Assembly (NCBI GenBank): GCA_964016885.1
Contig: OZ024741.1
Coordinates: 224,378,001-224,442,000, forward strand
Source: Eledone cirrhosa
Lineage: Eukaryota
Reading direction: 5' to 3'
Length of the DNA stretch: 64,000 nt
Below are positions 55,262-64,000 of the stretch, one piece after another. Under the pieces are notes generated by a model that was not told where the DNA came from, did not search any database, and was given only the letters and a program-made list of their open reading frames with translations. The position numbers and the translations under genes were made by a program. Each line of letters starts with the position of its first letter. Position 1 is the first letter of the stretch.

Positions 55262-56074
55262 CTTTATCTCACAGAATTCCAGAATGTTTTTCTTTTACAT
55301 GGGACTTACTTTGGGAAACACTAGTTTAGAAAATGGGATATAAATAAAAATAATATAAATGGTGTAGTATTGACAGCAAACCTTCAATATATGGATTTAA
55401 CTTAGAACATCCTGTACCACATGAAACCACCTTAACAACACATTCTTATAAAGTATAAAAACAGAATTATGACTACATCAGCTTAAATATAGAAATCTTT
55501 ACTTAAGTTTAATAATGCAAATTTTTATATATAAAGATACTATAGCCATTTGAATTGACAAACATATTTGTAGAGATATTCTGTTAAATCATTACAGGAT
55601 TTTAAGGGTTAAATTGATAATCCTAAAAGACAGGATTTAAAGCAGCACCAGGGAGTTTCCATGTATATGGTGTATTTTATCATGTCATGATGACACCTAA
55701 CATCTAATTCATCATGCTTTATCACCATGGCACCTCTCCAAGTAATAACACCTTCACTTAAATTCTAATCCTCGTTCTACTCATAAAGAAAGTGAGTTAC
55801 TTTCAATATCGAGTGTTTAGTATCATTAGAACAATGAAATTTCCTCCCATTAAGCTATTTCTGTTCTTTGTTTTAATGGAAATGTTAAGTGTTTCTTACA
55901 ACACACTTCAATTATCTAGATTGCTTTTCAGCTTTCAGAAATTGCATTCTGGGATTTGTTAAAATGACATTTCTATCTCATTCAAACAAGAGAGGTTATA
56001 TCATTAGGCTTTTACTTCATCACAGTGTTGGTGTTGATTTTGATGTAGTTATTAGTTTTAAGTTTAATGTTGGT

Positions 56075-59000
56075 ATTGATAATGGTGATGGTGATGGTAG
56101 AGTTGGTAGTATTGGTGATGTTGGTAGTGTTGGTGGTGTTGGTGGTGTTGGTGTGTTGGTAGTGTTGGTGATGGTGGTAGTGTTGGTGGTGCTGGTAGTG
56201 TTGGTGATGTTGGTAGTGTTGGTGGTGTTGGTAGTGTTGGTGATGTTGGTAGTGTTGGTGGTGTTGGTAGTGTTGGTGATGTTGGTAGTGTTGGTGGTGC
56301 TGGTAGTGTTGGTGATGTTGGTAGTGTTGGTGGTAGTAGTGTTGGTGATGTTGGTAGTGTTGGTGGTGGTAGTGTTGGTGATGTTGGTAGTGTTGGTGGT
56401 GGTAGTGTTGGTGGTGTTGGTAGTGTTGGTGATGTTGGTAGTGTTGGTGGTGTTAGTAGTGTTGGTGATGTTGGTAGTGTTGGTGGTGCTGGTAGTGTTG
56501 GTGATGTTGGTAGTGCTGGTGGTGGTAGTGTTGGTGGTGTTGGTAGTGTTGGTGGTGGTAGTGTTGGTGGTGGTGGTAGTGTTTGTGGTGGTAGTGTTGG
56601 TGATGTTGGTAGTGTTGGTGGCGGTAGTGTTGGTGGTGGTAGTGTTGGTGATATGGGTAGTGTTGGTTGTGGTAGTGTTGGTGGTGGTAGTGTTTGTGGT
56701 GGTAGTGTTGGTGGTGTTGGTAGTGTTGGTGGTGGTAGTGTTGGTGGTGGTAGTGTTGGTGATGTTGGTAGTGTTGGTGGTGGTAGTGTTGGTGATGGTG
56801 GTAGTGTTGGTGGTGGTAGTGTTGGTGGTGGTAGTGTTTGTGGTGGTAGTGTTTGTGGTGGTAGTGTTGGTGATGTTGGTAGTGTTGGTGGTGCTGGTAG
56901 TGTTGGTGATGTTGGTAGTGCTGGTGGTGGTAGTGTTGGTGGTGTTGGTAGTGTTGGTGGTGGTAGTGTTGGTGGTGGTGGTAGTGTTTGTGGTGGTAGT
57001 GTTGGTGATGTTGGTAGTGTTGGTGGTGGTAGTGTTGGTGGTGGTAGTGTTGGTGATGTTGGTGGTGTTGGTAGTGTTGGTGGTGGTAGTGTTGCTGGTG
57101 TTGGTGGTGGTAGTGTTGGTGGTGTTGGTAGTGTTGGTGGTGGTAGTGTTGGTGATGTTGGTAGTGTTGATGGTGGTAGTGTTGGTCGTGTTGGTAGTGT
57201 TGGTGGTGTTGGTAGTGTTGGTGGTGGTAGTGTTGGTGATGTTGGTAGTGTGGGTGGTGGTAGTGTTGGTGATGTTGGTAATGTTGGTGGTGTTGATAGT
57301 GTTGGTGGTGGTAGTGTTGGTGGTGTTGGTAGTATTGGTGGTGGTAGTGTTGGTGGTGTTGGTGGTGTTGGTAGTGTTGGTGGTGTTGGTGGTGTTGGTG
57401 ATAGTAGTGTTGCTGATGTTGGTAGTGTTGGTGGTGGTAGTGTTGGTGATGTTGGTAGTGTTGGTGGTGGTTGTGTTGGTGGTGTTGTTGCTGTTAGTAG
57501 TGTTGGTGGTGTTGGTAGTGTTGGTGATGTTGGTAGTATTGGTGGTGGTAGTGTTGGTGATGTTGGTAATGTTAGTGATGTTGGTAGTGTTGGTGGTGGT
57601 AGTGTTGGTAGTGGTGGTAGTGTTGGTGGTGTTGGTAGTGTTGGTGATGTTGGTAGTGTTGGTGATGGTGGAGTTGGTGATGTTGGTAGTGTTGATGGTG
57701 GTAGTGTTGGTGGTGGTAGTGTTTGTGGTGGTAGTGTTGGTGATGTTGGTAGTGTTGGTGGTGGTAGTGTTTGTGGTGGTAGTGTTGGTGATGTTGGTAG
57801 TGTTGGTGGTGGTAGTGTTGGTGGTGGTAGTGTTTGTGGTGGTAGTGTTGGTGATGTTGGTAGTGTTGGTGGTGGTAGTGTTTGTGGTGGTAGTGTTTGT
57901 GGTGGTAGTGTTGGTGGTGGTAGTGTTGGTGATGTTGGTAGTGTTGGTGGTGTTGGTAGTGTTGATGGTGGTAGTGTTGCTGGTGTTGGTGGTGTTAGTA
58001 GTGTTGGTGGTGTTGGTAGTGTTGGTGGTGGTAGTGTTGGTGATGTTGGTAGTGTTGATGGTGGTAGTGTTGGTGGTGTTGGTGATGTTGGTAGTGTTGG
58101 TGTGTTGGTAGTGTTGGTGGTGTTGGTGGTGTTGGTAGTGTTGGTGGTGTCGATAGTGTTGGTGGTGGTAGTTTTGGTGATGTTGGTAGTGTTGGTGGTG
58201 TTGATAGTGTTGGTGGTGGTAGTGTTGGTGGTGTTGGTAGTATTGGTGGTGGTAGTGCTGGTGATGTTCGTAGTGTTGGTAGTGTTGGTGGTGGTAGTGT
58301 TGGTGGTGTTGGTGGTGTTGGTAGTGTTGGTGGTGTTGGTGATGTTGGTAGTGTTGGTGGTGTTGGTGGTGTCGGTGATGGTAGTGTTGCTGATGTTGGT
58401 AGTGTTGGTGGTGGTAGTGTTGGTAGTGTTGGTAGTGTTGTTGGTGGTAGTGTTGGTGATGTTGGTAGTGTTGGTGGTGGTTGTGTTGGTGTTGTTGGTG
58501 ATGTTGGTGGTGGTGGTAGTGTTGGTAGTGTTGGTGATGTTGGTAGGGTTGACGGTGGTAGTGTCGGTGGTGGTATTGTTGGTGATGTTGGTAGTGTTGG
58601 TGATGGTAGTGTTGGTGGTGTTGGTAGTGTTGGTGGTGGTAGTGTTGGTGGTGTTGTTGCTGTTAGTAGTGTTGGCGGTGTTGGTAGTGTTGGTGATGTT
58701 GGTAGTATTGGTGGTGGTAGTGTTGGTGATGTTGGTAATGTTAGTGATGTTGGTAGTGTTGGTGGTGGTAGTGTTGGTAGTGGTGGTAGTGTTGGTGATG
58801 TTGGTAGTGTTGGTGATGGTGGAGTTGGTGATGTTGGTAGTGTTGATGGTGGTAGTGTTGGTGGTGGTAGTGTTTGTGGTGGTAGTGTTGGTGATGTTGG
58901 TAATGTTAGTGATGTTGGTAGTGTTGGTGGTGGTAGTGTTGGTAGTGGTGGTAGTGTTGGTGGTGTTGGTAGTGTTGGTGATGTTGGTAGTGTTGGTGAT

Positions 59001-62000
59001 GGTGGAGTTGGTGATGTTGGTAGTGTTGATGGTGGTAGTGTTGGTGGTGGTAGTGTTTGTGGTGGTAGTGTTGGTGATGTTGGTAGTGTTGGTGGTGGTA
59101 GTGTTTGTGGTGGTAGTGTTGGTGATGTTGGTAGTGTTGGTGGTGGTAGTGTTGGTGGTGGTAGTGTTGGTGATGTTGGTAGTGTTGGTGGTGGTAGTGT
59201 TGGTGGTGGTAGTGTTTGTGGTGGTAGTGTTGGTGATGTTGGTAGTGTTGGTGGTGGTAGTGTTTGTGGTGGTAGTGTTGGTGATGTTGGTAGTGTTGGT
59301 GGTGGTAGTGTTTGTGGTGGTAGTGTTGGTGATGTTGGTAGTGTTGGTGGTGGTAGTGTTTGTGGTGGTAGTGTTGGTGATGTTGGTAGTGTTGGTGGTG
59401 GTAGTGTTGGTGGTGGTAGTGTTTGTGGTGGTAGTGTTGGTGATGTTGGTAGTGTTGGTGGTGGTAGTGTTTGTGGTGGTAGTGTTTGTGGTGGTAGTGT
59501 TGGTGGTGGTAGTGTTGGTGATGTTGGTAGTGTTGGTGGTGTTGGTAGTGTTGGTGGTGGTAGTGTTGCTGGTGTTGGTGGTGTTAGTAGTGTTGGTGGT
59601 GTTGGTAGTGTTGGTGGTGGTAGTGTTGGTGATGTTGGTAGTGTTGATGGTGGTAGTGTTGGTGGTGTTGGTGATGTTGGTAGTGTTGGTGTGTTGGTAA
59701 TGTTGGTGGTGTTGGTGGTGTTGGTAGTGTTGGTGGTGGTAGTGTTGGTGATGTTGGTAGTGTGGGTGGTGGTAGTGTTGGTGATGTTGGTAGTGTTGGT
59801 GGTGTTGATAGTGTTGGTGGTGGTAGTGTTGGTGGTGTTGGTAGTATTGGTGGTGGTAGTGCTGGTGATGTTCGTAGTGTTGGTAGTGTTGGTGGTGGTA
59901 GTGTTGGTGGTGTTGGTGGTGTTGGTGTTGTTGGTAGTGTTGGTGGTGTTGGTGGTGTTGGTGATGTTGGTAGTGTTGGTGGTGTTGGTGGTGTTGGTGA
60001 TGGTAGTGTTGCTGATGTTGGTAGTGTTGGTGGTGGTAGTGTTGGTAGTGTTGGTAGTGTTGGTGGTGGTAGTGTTGGTGATGTTGGTAGTGTTGATGGT
60101 GGTAGTGTTGGTGGTGTTGGTGATGTTGGTAGTGTTGGTGGTGTTGATAGTGTTGGTGGTGGTAGTGTTGGTGGTGTTGGTAGTATTGGTGGTGGTAGTG
60201 TTGGTGGTGTTGGTGGTGTTGGTAGTGTTGGTGGTGTTGGTGGTGTTGGTGATAGTAGTGTTGCTGATGTTGGTAGTGTTGGTGGTGGTAGTGTTGGTGA
60301 TGTTGGTAGTGTTGGTGGTGGTTGTGTTGGTGGTGTTGTTGCTGTTAGTAGTGTTGGTGGTGTTGGTAGTGTTGGTGATGTTGGTAGTATTGGTGGTGGT
60401 AGTGTTGGTGATGTTGGTAATGTTAGTGATGTTGGTAGTGTTGGTGGTGGTAGTGTTGGTAGTGGTGGTAGTGTTGGTGGTGTTGGTAGTGTTGGTGATG
60501 TTGGTAGTGTTGGTGATGGTGGAGTTGGTGATGTTGGTAGTGTTGATGGTGGTAGTGTTGGTGATGTTGGTAGTGTTGGTGGTGGTTGTGTTGGTGGTGT
60601 TGTTGCTGTTAGTAGTGTTGGTGGTGTTGGTAGTGTTGGTGATGTTGGTAGTATTGGTGGTGGTAGTGTTGGTGATGTTGGTAATGTTAGTGATGTTGGT
60701 AGTGTTGGTGGTGGTAGTGTTGGTAGTGGTGGTAGTGTTGGTGGTGTTGGTAGTGTTGGTGATGTTGGTAGTGTTGGTGATGGTGGAGTTGGTGATGTTG
60801 GTAGTGTTGATGGTGGTAGTGTTGGTGGTGGTAGTGTTTGTGGTGGTAGTGTTGGTGATGTTGGTAGTGTTGGTGGTGGTAGTGTTTGTGGTGGTAGTGT
60901 TGGTGATGTTGGTAGTGTTGGTGGTGGTAGTGTTGGTGGTGGTAGTGTTTGTGGTGGTAGTGTTGGTGATGTTGGTTGTGTTGGTGGTGGTAGTGTTTGT
61001 GGTGGTAGTGTTTGTGGTGGTAGTGTTGGTGGTGGTAGTGTTGGTGATGTTGGTAGTGTTGGTGGTGTTGGTAGTGTTGATGGTGGTAGTGTTGCTGGTG
61101 TTGGTGGTGTTAGTAGTGTTGGTGGTGTTGGTAGTGTTGGTGGTGGTAGTGTTGGTGATGTTGGTAGTGTTGATGGTGGTAGTGTTGGTGGTGTTGGTGA
61201 TGTTGGTAGTGTTGGTGTGTTGGTAGTGTTGGTGGTGTTGGTGGTGTTGGTAGTGTTGGTGGTGTCGATAGTGTTGGTGGTGGTAGTTTTGGTGATGTTG
61301 GTAGTGTTGGTGGTGTTGATAGTGTTGGTGGTGGTAGTGTTGGTGGTGTTGGTAGTATTGGTGGTGGTAGTGCTGGTGATGTTCGTAGTGTTGGTAGTGT
61401 TGGTGGTGGTAGTGTTGGTGGTGTTGGTGGTGTTGGTAGTGTTGGTGGTGTTGGTGATGTTGGTAGTGTTGGTGGTGTTGGTGGTGTCGGTGATGGTAGT
61501 GTTGCTGATGTTGGTAGTGTTGGTGGTGGTAGTGTTGGTAGTGTTGGTAGTGTTGTTGGTGGTAGTGTTGGTGATGTTGGTAGTGTTGGTGGTGGTTGTG
61601 TTGGTGTTGTTGGTGATGTTGGTGGTGGTGGTAGTGTTGGTGGTGGTAGTGTTGGTGGTGTTGGTGGTGTTGGTAGTGTTGGTAGTGTTGGTGATGTTGG
61701 TAGGGTTGACGGTGGTAGTGTCGGTGGTGGTATTGTTGGTGATGTTGGTAGTGTTGATGGTGGTAGTGTTGGTGGTGTTGGTAGTGTTGGTGGTGGTAGT
61801 GTTGGTGGTGTTGGTAGTGTTGGTGGTGGTAGTGTTGGTGGTGTTGTTGCTGTTAGTAGTGTTGGCGGTGTTGGTAGTGTTGGTGATGTTGGTAGTATTG
61901 GTGTTGGTAGTGTTGGTGATGTTGGTAATGTTAGTGATGTTGGTAGTGTTGGTGGTGGTAGTGTTGGTAGTGGTGGTAGTGTTGGTGGTGTTGGTAGTGT

Positions 62001-64000
62001 TGGTGATGTTGGTAGTGTTGGTGATGGTGGAGTTGGTGATGTTGGTAGTGTTGATGTTGGTAGTGTTGGTGATGGTAGTGTTGGTGGTGTTGGTAGTGTT
62101 GGTGGTGGTAGTGTTGGTGGTGTTGTTGCTGTTAGTAGTGTTGGCGGTGTTGGTAGTGTTGGTGATGTTGGTAGTATTGGTGGTGGTAGTGTTGGTGATG
62201 TTGGTAATGTTAGTGATGTTGGTAGTGTTGGTGGTGGTAGTGTTGGTAGTGGTGGTAGTGTTGGTGGTGTTGGTAGTGTTGGTGATGTTGGTAGTGTTGG
62301 TGGTGGTAGTGTTTGTGGTGGTAGTGTTTGTGGTGGTAGTGTTGGTGGTGGTAGTGTTGGTGATGTTGGTAGTGTTGGTGGTGTTGGTAGTGTTGATGGT
62401 GGTAGTGTTGCTGGTGTTGGTGGTGTTAGTAGTGTTGGTGGTGTTGGTAGTGTTGGTGGTGGTAGTGTTGGTGATGTTGGTAGTGTTGATGGTGGTAGTG
62501 TTGGTGGTGTTGGTGATGTTGGTAGTGTTGGTGTGTTGGTAGTGTTGGTGGTGTTGTTGCTGTTAGTAGTGTTGGCGGTGTTGGTAGTGTTGGTGATGTT
62601 GGTAGTATTGGTGGTGGTAGTGTTGGTGATGTTGGTAATGTTAGTGATGTTGGTAGTGTTGGTGGTGGTAGTGTTGGTAGTGGTGGTAGTGTTGGTGGTG
62701 TTGGTAGTGTTGGTGATGTTGGTAGTGTTGGTGGTGGTAGTGTTTGTGGTGGTAGTGTTGGTGATGTTGGTAGTGTTGGTGGTGGTAGTGTTGGTGGTGG
62801 TAGTGTTTGTGGTGGTAGTGTTGGTGATGTTGGTAGTGTTGGTGGTGGTAGTGTTTGTGGTGGTAGTGTTGGTGATGTTGGTAGTGTTGGTGGTGGTAGT
62901 GTTGGTGGTGGTAGTGTTTGTGGTGGTAGTGTTGGTGATGTTGGTAGTGTTGGTGGTGGTAGTGTTTGTGGTGGTAGTGTTTGTGGTGGTAGTGTTGGTG
63001 GTGGTAGTGTTGGTGATGTTGGTAGTGTTGGTGGTGTTGGTAGTGTTGGTGGTGGTAGTGTTGCTGGTGTTGGTGGTGTTAGTAGTGTTGGTGGTGTTGG
63101 TAGTGTTGGTGGTGGTAGTGTTGGTGATGTTGGTAGTGTTGATGGTGGTAGTGTTGGTGGTGTTGGTGATGTTGGTAGTGTTGGTGTGTTGGTAATGTTG
63201 GTGGTGTTGGTGGTGTTGGTAGTGTTGGTGGTGGTAGTGTTGGTGATGTTGGTAGTGTGGGTGGTGGTAGTGTTGGTGATGTTGGTAGTGTTGGTGGTGT
63301 TGATAGTGTTGGTGGTGGTAGTGTTGGTGGTGTTGGTAGTATTGGTGGTGGTAGTGCTGGTGATGTTCGTAGTGTTGGTAGTGTTGGTGGTGGTAGTGTT
63401 GGTGGTGTTGGTGGTGTTGGTGTTGTTGGTAGTGTTGGTGGTGTTGGTGGTGTTGGTGATGTTGGTAGTGTTGGTGATGTTGGTGGTGTTGGTGATGGTA
63501 GTGTTGCTGATGTTGGTAGTGTTGGTGGTGGTAGTGTTGGTAGTGTTGGTAGTGTTGTTGGTGGTAGTGTTGGTGATGTTGGTAGTGTTGGTGGTGGTAG
63601 TGTTGGTAGTGTTGGTGATGTTGGTAGGGTTGATGGTGGTAGTGTCGGTGGTGGTATTGTTGGTGATGTTGGTAGTGTCGGTGGTGGTATTGTTGGTGAT
63701 GTTGGTAGTGTTGGTGATGTTGGTAGTGTTGGTGGTGGTAGTGTTGGTCGTGTTGGTAGTGTTGGTGATGTTGGTAGTGTTGGTGATGGTGGAGTTGGTT
63801 ATGTTGGTAGTGTTGATGGTGGTAGTGTTGGTGGTGGTAGTGTTTGTGGTGGTAGTGTTGGTGATGTTGGTAGTGCTGGTGATGTTGGTAGTGTTGGTGG
63901 TGGTAGTGTTGGTAGTGGTAGTGTTTGTGGTGGTAGTGTTGGTGATGTTGGTAGAGTTGGTGGTGGCAGTGTTTGTGGTGGTAGTGTTGGTGATGTTGGT
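56075..64000. repeat. >7.9-kb degenerate (GGT/GTT/AGT/GAT) satellite with higher-order blocks, runs off the window
   Basis: Direct reading; rare variants are duplicated at kb offsets. Confidence 0.97.

Larger units (their letters stand above)
54259..55323. mobile_element. hAT/Charlie-type MITE ends enclosing nested MITEs
   Basis: CAGTGGTTCTCAAA ... TTTGGGAAACACTA; the flanks gtctagct / gtttagaa resemble an NTCTAGAN target. Confidence 0.55.

Noticed and set aside
55889-63195. Gly/Val-rich 500-1000-aa ORFs resembling structural proteins
   Set aside because: Recurrent 1-bp shifts swap frames within the satellite, so no reading frame is maintained

Overview
Repeat-dominated, apparently gene-free eukaryotic DNA. 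The SINE and LINE types and the microsatellite load suggest an invertebrate, probably an octopus or other coleoid cephalopod (inference). No host protein-coding gene is supported, and most long ORFs in the track are translations of micro- or minisatellites. Real coding remnants all come from mobile elements: a near-full-length degenerate RTE-clade LINE (~30.55-33.87 kb; APE, RT, Cys/His finger) plus several truncated RTE copies, a 5'-truncated Tx1/L1-type LINE inside a (TC)/(TCTA) microsatellite, a CRE-type restriction-like endonuclease fragment, a Penelope GIY-YIG fragment and a decayed hATm-like DNA transposon. The window also holds a non-autonomous Helitron, two tRNA-derived SINE families and nested MITEs. 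The most notable signal is a set of type I hammerhead ribozyme motifs. Two near-canonical copies lie 638 nt apart in a non-coding direct repeat (48.4-49.4 kb) whose internal hairpin shows compensatory base changes, which resembles a retrozyme or Penelope-dependent circular-RNA element. Several other intact or decayed hammerheads sit in or near foldback repeats. Family assignments come from motif recognition, not database searches.
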